A stretch of 64,000 bases of DNA from the NCBI GenBank assembly GCA_009903795.1, contig WYER01000019.1, forward strand, positions 9,395 to 73,394, read 5' to 3'. The notes below the pieces were generated by a model that did no database searches, was not told the origin of the DNA, and saw nothing but the letters and a program-made list of their open reading frames with translations. Positions 9,111 to 19,627 of this stretch are shown here, piece by piece (position 1 is the stretch's first letter; each line of letters starts with the position of its first letter). The translations under genes were made by a program, and so were the position numbers. Origin of the DNA: Nitrososphaerota archaeon. Lineage in GTDB: Archaea > Thermoproteota > Nitrososphaeria > Conexivisphaerales > UBA164.

Positions 9111-10598
9111 TTGGAGTATAAAAGCCTATTAGGTTCAAAAGGATCAAAGGCCAATGAAGAGACAATTAGAGACCTAAGAATAGAAGAACTCATAAATGAT
9201 ATTTTGGGGAATGATAAAAACCAGTTTTTAATTGATGTATTTAAAGAGCCACTAAGCGACAAGAATGCAATTGATTTTAGGCTAAAAATATTCAACGATC
9301 TTATGGATGAAAAAATTTATAATGTCATAAAAAATTTTGTAAATAAAATAAAAGATTGCAACAGGTTGATGGATTTAGAGGCTAAAACATATGAAGAGTT
9401 TAAGTACGGTTTTCATATTGATGTAGCTCTAATTTATATAAACACTGTAGAAAATACATTAAATTTGATGCGCGAATTAAATATAAAATCAGATGGTATA
9501 CTTTATTTCATTAACTATCTCGAAAATCTGATTCAGAGTGATAGATTTCAGGCTTTGAAGAGGATTACATATGAAGCAAAGACTGCCAGGGAAAAAATAA
9601 AGGTCAAAATAAACATAAACGGGGACCGAATAAGGGTTGCAAAGGAAGAAAACGGAGAAGATTTAACATCTAAGATTGAACAGTTGTTTTCGAGATTTAA
9701 AGGGCAGCAGGTCCATGAACTTAAGTTTGATAGATATTATGAGCAAATTACTCATATACACGCTGGAATATTAAATGGTGTTTATAGGATCTTTAAAGAA
9801 GAATTTAACATTATGAAAAAATTAAAAGACGAATTCCCAGACATAGTAGATGAAGGCATCAAATCGTTTGCGAATGAGTTTGAGTTCTATCTTAAATATA
9901 TCGAATATATGAAAAGCATTCAATCTAATGGATACAAATTTTCGATACCTCAATTTACCGAAGATGGCTCAATACACGTCAAAGGATTTTATAATTTGTT
10001 ATTGGCTAGGAAAAATGTTGCTGTAGCTAATGATATCCATACTACAGGTAATAAAAGGGTATTTATAATAACAGGCATAAATAGCGGGGGAAAAACTACG
10101 TTTGCCATTACTTTTGGACAATTAGCATTTCTCTCTTTAATAGGCGTGCCTGTCCCTGCAGAAGAGGCCAAAATATGCCTGTTCTCTAATATTATGACGG
10201 CTTTTCCAATAGAAGAGGATAAAATGGAAGATTTAAGCAGGTTAGAAAAGGATGTAGAAAGAGTATACAACATTTTAAAAACAGCTGATGATAAAACGCT
10301 CATCATAGTTAACGAGCTTTTCTCTTCCACAACTTCAGAGGAAGGCTTTGAACTTGCAAAGCGTTTTATAGAAAAAATAACAAGCAAAGGATCATATCTT
10401 ATTTACGTGACATTTATTACAAAGATAGCCACACTTGAAAACGTTATCAGTCTTGTGACACAAATTCAAGACGAGAAACCAACTTTCAAAATCATAGAAA
10501 GCAATCCTCTTCCTAAATATATGGCAATTCAAATAGCATCTAAGCATCGCCTACTTTATGAAGATATTAAAAAAGTGATCTTGAATGATTCAGTTTGA
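9111..10598 (+). CDS. MutS-like ATPase (domain V, no mismatch-recognition domain), copy A of a tandem pair
   Basis: FIITGINSGGKTT Walker A, GVPVPAEEA, LIIVNELFSSTTSEEG, C-terminal HTH-like YMAIQIASKHRL. Confidence 0.85.
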   Translation: MEYKSLLGSKGSKANEETIRDLRIEELINDILGNDKNQFLIDVFKEPLSDKNAIDFRLKIFNDLMDEKIYNVIKNFVNKIKDCNRLMDLEAKTYEEFKYGFHIDVALIYINTVENTLNLMRELNIKSDGILYFINYLENLIQSDRFQALKRITYEAKTAREKIKVKININGDRIRVAKEENGEDLTSKIEQLFSRFKGQQVHELKFDRYYEQITHIHAGILNGVYRIFKEEFNIMKKLKDEFPDIVDEGIKSFANEFEFYLKYIEYMKSIQSNGYKFSIPQFTEDGSIHVKGFYNLLLARKNVAVANDIHTTGNKRVFIITGINSGGKTTFAITFGQLAFLSLIGVPVPAEEAKICLFSNIMTAFPIEEDKMEDLSRLEKDVERVYNILKTADDKTLIIVNELFSSTTSEEGFELAKRFIEKITSKGSYLIYVTFITKIATLENVISLVTQIQDEKPTFKIIESNPLPKYMAIQIASKHRLLYEDIKKVILNDSV

Positions 10599-12045
10599 CC
10601 TTCTAAAGCTAAGCGATGCCCCTGAAATTGAAGACAAAAATAATCTAAAGAAAGATTTAGAGCTGGAGAAAATAATAGAAACAATAGCCCAAAAGGATGA
10701 TCTGGTAAAAAAGGTATGGGAACACGTGCTTTTGTTATCTAAAGCCGATATCAATTCTATAAAATACAGACAGGAAGCTGTTAAAGATGCTATTCAGAAT
10801 AGAGATACAGTATTAAACTTGTACAAATTTACGGGGGAGGTCATAGATAGGACAAAAAGGGCGACATTTATTGTTACGTACGATAATCCAGAGTTAATAG
10901 TTTACGATACAGCAAATGGGATAAAGGTAATGATAGATGCGCTAAAAGATTTAAAAGACATTCTTGATAGATCAAGCTTCTCATCTGAAGCTTTTCGGGA
11001 ACTGATAAGCTCTATAAAAGAGAACATAGATGATAATTTTATAGTTTCCGCAAAAGAACTAATGAGTTATCTTGATATTAGAAGTGGAATAGAATTTTCT
11101 GTTAGGTTGAGCACGTACAACACTTTAAGTGACCCTGTATTTTTAATTCCTGAAAAGGAAAGGAGCTTATTGAAAAGAATAATTAGCAGAAAAAATGATT
11201 ACGTTTTTAGATTAGAGCCGCGGGATGAAATAGGTGCAGAAATTTTGGGGAAGATTAATGAATGGGTTTTAAGTGGTTTGGCTCCAACAATGCTTAAGGC
11301 TTATGAGCATTTATTGCAGTTTTTCACAACCTTACATACGCAACTGGCTTTCTTTGTAGGCGCCATAAACCTTTACGATTTCTTTAAAAAGATCGAACTA
11401 CCTTTGGCTTATCCAGATTTTTCTGAAGGTACAATATCATTTCGCGATCTATACTGCCTCTCCTTGGCAATATCAAAAAATGAAAAACCTGTTCCAAATT
11501 CTCTTGATGTCCATAACATAAATACATTCATAATAAGTGGGATCAATAAAGGCGGCAAAACTACATTCTTAAAAGCTATAGGTCAAGCAATACTGCTTGC
11601 AAGGGCTGGGCTCTTTGTGCCGGCCAATAATTTTATAATTCCATCATCGGGGAATGTTTTTACTCATTTTCAGAGAGAGGAGGAAAGGACACTGTCATAT
11701 GGGAAATTTGAAGAAGAAATAATAAGGTTCAGAAAAATAATTGAGTCGCTAAAGGCTGGAGACTATGTTTTAATGAACGAAAGCTTCTCATCAACTAACC
11801 AGGTTGAGGCATCCGTAGTAGCTAAACAAGTTGTATCTGCCCTAATAAATAGCAAAATTACTGTTTTTTACGTTACGTTTTTGCAGGACTTCATATATGA
11901 TTTTATTAAAGAAAATAAAAATAAGGCAATTCTATTAACCCCTGAAAGGCTAAAAGATGGAACAAGAACGTTTAAGTTAGTACAAGGCTTTGTTCAGTCA
12001 GGATATGCGTTAGAGATATGGGACAAATATTTTATGGAAAATTAA
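10585..12045 (+). CDS. MutS-like ATPase, copy B of a tandem pair
   Basis: IISGINKGGKTTFLKAIG, GLFVPA, THFQREE, VLMNESFSSTNQVEA, YVTF; overlaps copy A by 14 nt. Confidence 0.85.
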   Translation: MIQFDLLKLSDAPEIEDKNNLKKDLELEKIIETIAQKDDLVKKVWEHVLLLSKADINSIKYRQEAVKDAIQNRDTVLNLYKFTGEVIDRTKRATFIVTYDNPELIVYDTANGIKVMIDALKDLKDILDRSSFSSEAFRELISSIKENIDDNFIVSAKELMSYLDIRSGIEFSVRLSTYNTLSDPVFLIPEKERSLLKRIISRKNDYVFRLEPRDEIGAEILGKINEWVLSGLAPTMLKAYEHLLQFFTTLHTQLAFFVGAINLYDFFKKIELPLAYPDFSEGTISFRDLYCLSLAISKNEKPVPNSLDVHNINTFIISGINKGGKTTFLKAIGQAILLARAGLFVPANNFIIPSSGNVFTHFQREEERTLSYGKFEEEIIRFRKIIESLKAGDYVLMNESFSSTNQVEASVVAKQVVSALINSKITVFYVTFLQDFIYDFIKENKNKAILLTPERLKDGTRTFKLVQGFVQSGYALEIWDKYFMEN

Positions 12046-12376
12046 AAATATAACTAGATCAAACTCTTAAACCCATTCCCATAACTAGCGTTATTATTGT
12101 AGCTATTATAAAAGCTAATCGTTACCTAGCAACCCAATAACGCTTGTTCTAAGGTCTTCGGCAAGCTTTTTATAGAAAACCTTCTATAAGTCATCGAATG
12201 CAATATTTTGTTGTATTTTTGTATCCAAACTCTGTGTACTTCTCCCGCTACCTCTAGCTATAAGTTTTTGTTTTGTCCAATATTTAGGAAACTTTGCATA
12301 CTTACAACAACCTCATCTGGGAATCTTGCCCCTTAAAACCCAAAAAAGTTAAATCTTAAAATATTCAAGGCTTGTT

Positions 12377-13021
12377 ATGATTTCTGGCGTGGTGTTTGAT
12401 CTTGATGGGACGCTGATAGATAGTGCAGAACAGCTTGCAATAGCATGGTCTAAAGCTTTTAAAGAGTTTGGGTACGATGTAAAGCCATCAGAAATAAGAA
12501 AGTATGTTGGTCTTTCGCCAGCTGTGCTTATCTCAAAGTTCATGAGCAACCTGAGTAACGATGATTTAGAAAGGATAAAGAGCTTAAGGAAAAAGTACTT
12601 TATAGAAAACATAAATAGAATTAAGATGTTTCCAGATGCTGTTTCCTGCTTATCAAATTTAAGGAGTATTGGGGTCAATGCTTCAATAGCAACAAGCTTG
12701 GGCAGGGATATGATTGATGAAATAGTAAAGCACTTTAACCTTGATAGGATGGTCTGCTGCTGGGTTACCGGTGAAGACGTAAAAAACCCAAAGCCAGAGC
12801 CCGACATATTCTTAAAGGCATTTGAAAAAATGAATTTAACGCCAAGGGAGGGCATCGTTGTGGGAGACAGAGAATATGACATAATAGGTGGTAAAAGGGC
12901 CGGTTCACTTACAGCATTAATTGTAAGGGATCAATACAGCAAAACAAATAGCGTGCAGCCAGACTACATAATACACAGCTTGGATGAACTTCTTGAAATA
13001 ATAAAGAAGATTAATTTCTAA
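12377..13021 (+). CDS. HAD-superfamily hydrolase, subfamily IA (phosphoglycolate phosphatase / beta-PGM-like)
   Basis: FDLDGTLID motif I, KPEPD motif III, VGDREYDI motif IV. Confidence 0.9.
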   Translation: MISGVVFDLDGTLIDSAEQLAIAWSKAFKEFGYDVKPSEIRKYVGLSPAVLISKFMSNLSNDDLERIKSLRKKYFIENINRIKMFPDAVSCLSNLRSIGVNASIATSLGRDMIDEIVKHFNLDRMVCCWVTGEDVKNPKPEPDIFLKAFEKMNLTPREGIVVGDREYDIIGGKRAGSLTALIVRDQYSKTNSVQPDYIIHSLDELLEIIKKINF

Positions 13022-13437
13022 CACATCATATGTTCTGAAGGTCATAATTTTATTGCTTCCCAAAAACCCCTAACATTCTATAAGAGCTTTTCCTTTTCTT
13101 TGTGAGTGATTTTTGCTTCATTTCCAGGCTTGACCTTATGCCGTTAAGCTTCCTACTAACTCAGTTCCCTCGCAAGTACAGCATTTAATTGCAATTAACA
13201 ATGCAATAAATTATTTTGTTTTTGATTAACTTTGGCTTAAAACCACGTAGCTTTGTTTAAATCAAATTTTAATCCTTAGCTCATAGTTCAAACGGCCTCT
13301 TATTCAAAATAAGATTGATGAGCCTATAATAAATTTCCTATAAAGGTGAAGCGTTATACTTGCGGAAGTACTGGCGTGCAAAAATTTAGAGATTTATACA
13401 AATCGTTTAAATTTTTTTGTAAACACATATTTTATAA

Positions 13438-14460
13438 GTGGTGAAGAGGATGCCATCTATAGGTATAGCAGGGCTAGGTCCTGCAGGAGCTTACCTCGGA
13501 GCGCTGTTGCAGGATAAAGCCGAAATCTTCGAAGCACAGAAAGAGGAAAGGTTTACTTCGGTTTGTGCGTGGGGGACAGGTTATTATCGTATGAAGGACC
13601 TTATAAAACAAACCGGTTTAAACTTCGATGATTATATTTTGCATAAAGGTAAAAAAATCTTCGTTGGATGGAAAGGGAAACTTATAGAATTTGATGCGTA
13701 CGGCCTTAGCACGTTTGACAAACCAAGGTTATTGAAAGATTTAGCAAAGAACATAAAGGTTCACTTTAGTTCGAGGGTCGATAGGGGCTATCTTGAGTCA
13801 CGTTACATATTAGCTGTAGATGCCACAGGGGTCAACAGAACTCTTTTAGGCAGGCCCAACAAAGATTTTTTGGTTCCAACAATAGAGTATAAAGTTAAAT
13901 TTGAAAACCCTCCGTTTGACGATTTTTATATAGAACCGTTTAGCGGCTATTCAGGTTATCTTTGGTACTTTCCGCTGTCTGAAAAAGAGTACTTCGTTGG
14001 TGCCGGAGATGTATATTTGAACCACGAAGAAAGAGTTTTAGAATTCATAAAAAAACACCGGGGAAAAATTGTAGAAGGTTCAAGAGTAGGCAAAGCAATA
14101 AGGCTTCTTCCAACTGAATACATGGAGCCTCTTTACTTTATGAACGCTGTAGCAATCGGCGAGGCTGCGGGCGCTGTCTACCCTTTGTTGGGTGAAGGTA
14201 TACTTCCCAGCATGATCTCGGCTAAAATACTTTATGATAACGACCTTAACGTTAGAAAGTATATAGTTAACCTTAAGAACTATTTCTTGCCTTATAAAAA
14301 GGCATACGATTACCTTGTCAAAAAAATGAAAGGGCAAGGGAACGCTCTCAGCGATGCCATAAGCGTCTTCAGCATAGTAAGGGATGCGATTAAGTTTAAG
14401 GACGTACTTGGGGTGGATCTAAAGATCTCTTACATTTTTAAGATACTCTCAATACTATAA
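13438..14460 (+). CDS. Geranylgeranyl reductase-family FAD-dependent oxidoreductase
   Basis: IAGLGPAG dinucleotide-binding motif, VDATG, GYLWYFP, IGEAAGAVYPLLGEGI. Confidence 0.75.
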   Translation: MVKRMPSIGIAGLGPAGAYLGALLQDKAEIFEAQKEERFTSVCAWGTGYYRMKDLIKQTGLNFDDYILHKGKKIFVGWKGKLIEFDAYGLSTFDKPRLLKDLAKNIKVHFSSRVDRGYLESRYILAVDATGVNRTLLGRPNKDFLVPTIEYKVKFENPPFDDFYIEPFSGYSGYLWYFPLSEKEYFVGAGDVYLNHEERVLEFIKKHRGKIVEGSRVGKAIRLLPTEYMEPLYFMNAVAIGEAAGAVYPLLGEGILPSMISAKILYDNDLNVRKYIVNLKNYFLPYKKAYDYLVKKMKGQGNALSDAISVFSIVRDAIKFKDVLGVDLKISYIFKILSIL

Positions 14461-15411
14461 TTGATACATAATAAAGTTGCTTTCAGCAGGGCTGGCATTC
14501 TTATAAAACATAACGATAAAATAATAGCTTTGGATCCGGAAGAAAGGGTAAAGGCTGACCTTACCTTTGTCTCACACGCTCATATGGATCATCTGTTAAA
14601 GAACGAAAAAAATACTGTGTTAGCTTCAAAGGAGACTATCGAGCTTGCGAGGGAAAGAGGAATTAAAATACGGAACTTTGTTGAAGCTTTTGATGATGTA
14701 CAGCTGATAGACTCCGGACACATACTTGGTTCAAGAGCAATAATCATCGGAAAAAATGAAATAATGTATACAGGAGATTTTTCTCAAAGGGATAGAGGTT
14801 TCTTAAAGAAGCTTGAACCTGTGAACGTAAGGTTACTCATCATAGAAAGCACTTACGGGAAAAAAGGTTACAAGTTTCCGCCAACTGCGACTATAATAGA
14901 AAGCGTAATGAAGATTATATCAAAAGCATATGATGCAGGGATGGGCGTTTCTCTTCACGGCTACACTTTGGGCAAAGCGCAGCTTATTGAATACCTTTTT
15001 CAGAGCTGGAGACCCCTTGTAGTACACAGAAACATAGAAAGAATGAACGCAGTTTACAGAAAGTTTGGGATAAACATACCTAAGCCAGATGTCATAGTAC
15101 AAAACCTTTCACATTTTCCGGATACGCCTTATGTATACGTAGCGCCTACTTATGAAAATGTAAACAATGTATACGCTAGCATAAGGTTCACAGGATGGGC
15201 TAAGCACATAAGCAATTATGCTGTGCCGCTCAGCGACCACGCAGATCATGATGAACTCATTAGTTTTGTCAAAAAAGTTAACCCTGAAATGATAATAACA
15301 GTTCACGGTTTTGATAAAGAATTTGCAAAAGAGCTCAGAAGCTTAGGGTTCAGAGCTTTTGCCTTTTCAGATCAGCAGCTTGACCTCGATTCTTTTATTT
15401 ATAAATTCTGA
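14461..15411 (+). CDS. Metallo-beta-lactamase / beta-CASP-like nuclease
   Basis: SHAHMDH, SGHILGS, YTGDF, ESTYG, LGKAQ, SDHAD. Confidence 0.85.
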   Translation: MIHNKVAFSRAGILIKHNDKIIALDPEERVKADLTFVSHAHMDHLLKNEKNTVLASKETIELARERGIKIRNFVEAFDDVQLIDSGHILGSRAIIIGKNEIMYTGDFSQRDRGFLKKLEPVNVRLLIIESTYGKKGYKFPPTATIIESVMKIISKAYDAGMGVSLHGYTLGKAQLIEYLFQSWRPLVVHRNIERMNAVYRKFGINIPKPDVIVQNLSHFPDTPYVYVAPTYENVNNVYASIRFTGWAKHISNYAVPLSDHADHDELISFVKKVNPEMIITVHGFDKEFAKELRSLGFRAFAFSDQQLDLDSFIYKF

Positions 15412-15430
15412 AGAGTTATAGCTGGGTAGT

Positions 15431-16987
15431 TTACGCTGTTATTGTAAGTGCTCTTTCCGGGTCGTAACCCCTTGCTCTTCCCCAAGCTCCAAGTGCGTCC
15501 AAAATTTTTTTAGAACCGTACCTGAAGAACCTGGTCAAGATCCCCTTTGCCAACGAATTCTTAACTACGTGCGGTAAAAACCTTTCAACTTCAAGAACTG
15601 TATGTCTCCAGGTTCTGTATATAAGGTAAAACCTTGTTTCTGTAAGCTGCGATTCTACGTCAAAGAATTCGCTGTCAGCTAAATTTGCAAGAGGATCGAA
15701 ACTAAGAACTGTTACTGTCCAGTGTGCTTTTTCCCCTATTTTTTCAGGAAGCTCCTTTTCCATTCTATCGATAAGCCTTATCGTATCTATGACGTCATCG
15801 TCAGTTTCTCCTGGAAATCCTACTATCGCTGTATATGCGGGAACCCAGTAGTTTTCGTTTAACACCTTAGTCCCTTCAAAAACCACTTCTGGCCACTCCT
15901 CTGCTGAAAAAGGAAGCGCTTTCCTCGGCATGTACTTTTTAACAAGTCTTACAGAGCCTGTTTCAAGCCCAGGCTGGAGCCCGATTATGTTGTCAGGGGA
16001 AGCTTTCATGACTTCAGAAAGCTTTTTAAACGCTTCCGGGTTTGAAGCTGGCGCTGAAATCGTTCCGTGAGTTGGGTTTGTATGTCGTACGCCTTCCGCA
16101 CCTACTATGGCGCTGAAAAGTTCTATAAGCGCATCCCAGTTAGGGTTCATGTACCTGTGATCTTCGAGATTATAGAGAAATATATCTTCGCTCTGAGCCC
16201 AAACGTTATATTCTCCATACTTAACGTTAACGCTTATGTTTTTAAGTATGTGCTCAATAGGTAAGTTCCTTGCGCTCCTTAAGTTAGGCAAACAGAATTC
16301 GCAGTTTCTTCCGCATCCCCTGTTAACTTCTAGCAGTCCATGCAACGTTGCTCCTTTGATCAGAGGTATCTGGTCTACTTTTGGATAATCTTTTACCCTT
16401 ATTATCCTGTCAGCTCTGCCTTCAACAATATCGTCCATTATCTGGGGCAGAACGTGTTCTGTTTCTCCCACAACAAGGTGGTCTATTCCTAGTTCATCCA
16501 TCACTTTACTTCTTATCTCTATCTGCCACGTCCCAGGACCTCCAACCACTATCTTAAACCTTTTGCCGTTTGCATTTCTTAGAACGTTAAGCTTTCTCAT
16601 AAGCTGATAAAAGTAATACTTTGTATACCCTGTGTCACGACCGCCATTAGTAAACATCATAGTTACAGGACCAAGCCCTAGCGGGTCCATTGTTGATACG
16701 CCAACTACTTTTGTATTATCATTTATGTACCTCTCTATGTTCTTTGGCGTGACGACCTTGACTTTTTCTCTCCCAAGGTAATCTACAAGGACGCTTTCAA
16801 CAAGCCTTAAATCATAAGGAGCTCTAACTGGCAAACCATCTTGCAGCTCTGTATACGGAGAAAGGGCGTCAAAGATCACCTTTGGTACTTTTTCAACAGG
16901 CGCACACCCTAGAAACTGCAGGAGCGGTATATTTCTGTACTCACTGAAGAGGGTTTTATCAGCGGTAAGTAAGACGTTATAGTCCAT
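15431..16987 (-). CDS. B12-binding-domain radical SAM protein, probable GDGT ring synthase (Grs) family
   Basis: CGRNCEFC radical SAM motif; N-terminal LTADKTLF, APYDLRLVE and VGVSTMDPLGLGP resemble my recollection of GrsA/GrsB-type proteins; family assignment not verified. Confidence 0.65.
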   Translation of the reverse strand: MDYNVLLTADKTLFSEYRNIPLLQFLGCAPVEKVPKVIFDALSPYTELQDGLPVRAPYDLRLVESVLVDYLGREKVKVVTPKNIERYINDNTKVVGVSTMDPLGLGPVTMMFTNGGRDTGYTKYYFYQLMRKLNVLRNANGKRFKIVVGGPGTWQIEIRSKVMDELGIDHLVVGETEHVLPQIMDDIVEGRADRIIRVKDYPKVDQIPLIKGATLHGLLEVNRGCGRNCEFCLPNLRSARNLPIEHILKNISVNVKYGEYNVWAQSEDIFLYNLEDHRYMNPNWDALIELFSAIVGAEGVRHTNPTHGTISAPASNPEAFKKLSEVMKASPDNIIGLQPGLETGSVRLVKKYMPRKALPFSAEEWPEVVFEGTKVLNENYWVPAYTAIVGFPGETDDDVIDTIRLIDRMEKELPEKIGEKAHWTVTVLSFDPLANLADSEFFDVESQLTETRFYLIYRTWRHTVLEVERFLPHVVKNSLAKGILTRFFRYGSKKILDALGAWGRARGYDPERALTITA

Positions 16988-17050
16988 AAAGTATTTTTTA
17001 TGAAGATCTTAAAAAACGCTTCGCACAAAATTTTTATTATTTTGATAAAA

Positions 17051-18586
17051 TTAATCTTTTTTGGGCTTGATTATAACCCTTTTACCAACTTCTTTCTCTA
17101 ATTTTTCTATGTTCTCTCCGCCTTTGCCTATAATTTTCCCTATAACGTCACGGTTAACTCTTATTATAACGTTCTTTTTTCCTATTTCTATTACAGCTGT
17201 TTTGTCGTACTGTGACACCATTTCTTGTATCTTATTTTTTATTGCTCCCAGAGGGACAACAACCTTTTCGTCCCCATACATGTATATTTCATATTCGAGC
17301 TGTTTGGTTTCAAAATTTCTCACTTCGACTACAGGCCTGGCCAGGTCTTCTGAAGTCATCCCTGTAGGAACTTTAACTACTAAGTTTAGCTCGTAAACTG
17401 TCTTGATCTGCCCGCTCTGAAGGAATATTACAGTATCGACAATCCTTGGTACCATACCTATGTCTATTCTTTCAATAAGTCTCTGGACTGCATCTATAGG
17501 GCTGCTTGAATGAACAACCCCGACCATACCAACGCCAGCAAGCCTCATGTCAGCATAGACTTTAAAGTCCTGAGTTTTTCTTACCTCGTCAAAAATAGTA
17601 TAGTCTGGCCTTACTAGCAAAAGTATTTCAGCAGTCTTTTCAAAGTCGCCTTCCAGGGGAGCGTATTGTGTTATTTCTGGACTAACCTGAAGGTCTCTTG
17701 GAGATTCTAAAGTCTTAACAACTTTTCCTTTTTTAGTGTAAAACTCAGCAAGAGACGCAGCAAGCGTGGACTTACCTGAGCCTGGAGGACCCGCTATTAT
17801 TATTCCTTCTGCCCTTTCCAATCTTTCTCTTAAAGCTGCTGAAACATTGTAATCTTCTAAGGTGAGCTTTATTATTGGTCTAACCAAAGTAACTTCAAGA
17901 CCATCAGAAAAAGGTGGCCTTGCTATTGTTATCCTGTAGTTTCCTAACTGTATGACAGTTGCGCCCCCCGTTTTCATTTCTATGAATGAATCTGGTTCGA
18001 CCCTTGCCCTTTCGTTTATTTCAGAAATTATTTCCTCAAGCTCATCAGCAGTAATTGGCTTATCTGAAACTTTCTCAAGTCTAAAGTCTCCAGGTTTCCC
18101 CCTCTTAACATATGGGGGCACGTTCTCTTTCAAGTGCACGCTCATTACATCCTCTTTGAGATAGTTTTCTATTTTCATAGGTTTTTTCTCTTCTTCTCGA
18201 ATCATATACTTTGAGTTTACACCTTCAGCTTCTGCAACCAGATGCAGAACGTAATCTGAGGTGTAAAGGATTGCTTTGTTCTTTTTTGCTAATTCCAGTA
18301 TCATATAATCTATTCTTCCAGAATGAGCAAGCTTTATGTCTTCGATCGAAGGCAAAGAACCTTTTACTACATACTTAATGTTTTTCTCAACGCTTAGTTC
18401 TCTTATCTTTTTTAACTCTTGAAGACCTTTAAATCCTATTTCAAGACCTTTCGTAGCCTGATTTTGTAGCTCTCCAATAACAGCTCTAGGAACTATAATG
18501 GTTGCCTCTTTAATTTCTCCCTTTTCAATAAGTTTTGAAACAAAACCGTTTATGATAACGCTTGTGTCGAGCAGTATTTTTTCCAA
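17051..18586 (-). CDS. PIN-domain ATPase with C-terminal KH domain (PINA family)
   Basis: ILLDTSVII PIN start, GPPGSGKST Walker A, LESPRDL, IFDEVR, DMRLAGVGMVGVVH, KH motif IIGKGG. Confidence 0.88.
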   Translation of the reverse strand: MEKILLDTSVIINGFVSKLIEKGEIKEATIIVPRAVIGELQNQATKGLEIGFKGLQELKKIRELSVEKNIKYVVKGSLPSIEDIKLAHSGRIDYMILELAKKNKAILYTSDYVLHLVAEAEGVNSKYMIREEEKKPMKIENYLKEDVMSVHLKENVPPYVKRGKPGDFRLEKVSDKPITADELEEIISEINERARVEPDSFIEMKTGGATVIQLGNYRITIARPPFSDGLEVTLVRPIIKLTLEDYNVSAALRERLERAEGIIIAGPPGSGKSTLAASLAEFYTKKGKVVKTLESPRDLQVSPEITQYAPLEGDFEKTAEILLLVRPDYTIFDEVRKTQDFKVYADMRLAGVGMVGVVHSSSPIDAVQRLIERIDIGMVPRIVDTVIFLQSGQIKTVYELNLVVKVPTGMTSEDLARPVVEVRNFETKQLEYEIYMYGDEKVVVPLGAIKNKIQEMVSQYDKTAVIEIGKKNVIIRVNRDVIGKIIGKGGENIEKLEKEVGKRVIIKPKKD

Positions 18587-18591
18587 TTTGA

Positions 18592-19185
18592 TTACCTAGA
18601 AGCAGCTGCCATTTTTTCCTGTTCCTGCTTCTTTCTTATAGCATATGAGTTCGGGTCATTGTTTGCTGCAAGGATGAGCTCTTCAGCCAAAGCTTCTTCG
18701 ATAGGTTTGCCTGTCTTCCAAGATGCCATTCTAGCTCCCTGCGAAATGAACCTAAGCGCAAGGTCAAGCCTTCTGTTAGGAGATACATCTACTGAAACGT
18801 GATAAACGACACCACCGTAGCTTATTCTTGTAGTGTCTTCATTTGGTCCTGCGTTTATAACTGCGTCAACAAGAACTTGGATAGGGTTCTTTTTCGTTTT
18901 AAGGTAGATCATTTCAAAAGCTGACTTTACTATGTTTATAGCCTTCTGTTTCTTTCCAGCCATCCTTCCTGTGTTTTTTGCCCATATTTTTCCATAGTGC
19001 ATTAAATTGTTGACCAACCTTTCAACTATGTTTACTTTTTCCTTTGCAAACCTTCTTTTAGCGTGCCTGCCAAAAGAGTGCGGATAATAAACAGGGTTGA
19101 GGCTTATTACTTGCTTAAGACTTATATCTTTTACTTGTACCTCAGAAAAGTCCCATTTATCAAAAAGAAGTATTTTTTCGCTCAT
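18592..19185 (-). CDS. rps7: 30S ribosomal protein S7 (uS7)
   Basis: [53 protein letters not shown]. Confidence 0.97.
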   Translation of the reverse strand: MSEKILLFDKWDFSEVQVKDISLKQVISLNPVYYPHSFGRHAKRRFAKEKVNIVERLVNNLMHYGKIWAKNTGRMAGKKQKAINIVKSAFEMIYLKTKKNPIQVLVDAVINAGPNEDTTRISYGGVVYHVSVDVSPNRRLDLALRFISQGARMASWKTGKPIEEALAEELILAANNDPNSYAIRKKQEQEKMAAASR

Positions 19186-19625
19186 CTTTTCGGCTTCTCC
19201 TTTTTACCCAAAACTAAAAGTTTTAACGGTACCCCGTTAACTTTTACGACTTTCCACCTTACACCAGGAATGTCGCCCATGGATCTGCCTTGTGATCCGC
19301 CTATGCCTTCTACAAGTACTTCATCATGTTCATCTACATAGTTCAAAGCGCCATCCCCTGGAAGGAATGCAGTAATCTGTTTTCCGTTCTTTATGAGCTG
19401 TACTCTAACGCATTTTCTTACAGCTGAGTTTGGCTGTTTTGATTCTATCCCAACTTTCTCTATGACTATACCCTTTGCCATGGGTGCGCCCTCAAGAGGA
19501 TCAGCCTTAATGTCGAGCTGTAGCATTCTCCTTTTGTAGTACTTATCAGACCACCTGAACTTCTGTCTTTTCTTTTTAAGACCTCTTGCACCAAATTCAC
19601 CTAACGGAGATTTACCTTTTCCCAT
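19182..19625 (-). CDS. rps12: 30S ribosomal protein S12 (uS12)
   Basis: [32 protein letters not shown]. Confidence 0.97.
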   Translation of the reverse strand: MGKGKSPLGEFGARGLKKKRQKFRWSDKYYKRRMLQLDIKADPLEGAPMAKGIVIEKVGIESKQPNSAVRKCVRVQLIKNGKQITAFLPGDGALNYVDEHDEVLVEGIGGSQGRSMGDIPGVRWKVVKVNGVPLKLLVLGKKEKPKR

Positions 19626-19627
19626 TT

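Noticed and set aside
12050-12345. Minus-strand coding-like debris (KFPKYWTKQKLIARG...IIATIITLVMGMGL)
   Set aside because: Multiple stops and no recognisable family
13138-13297. Weak resemblance to the MITE ends (ATGCCGTTAAG ... AAACGGCC) about 160 bp apart
   Set aside because: The inverted match is too short and imperfect, and the interior is unrelated to the 5562-5713 element
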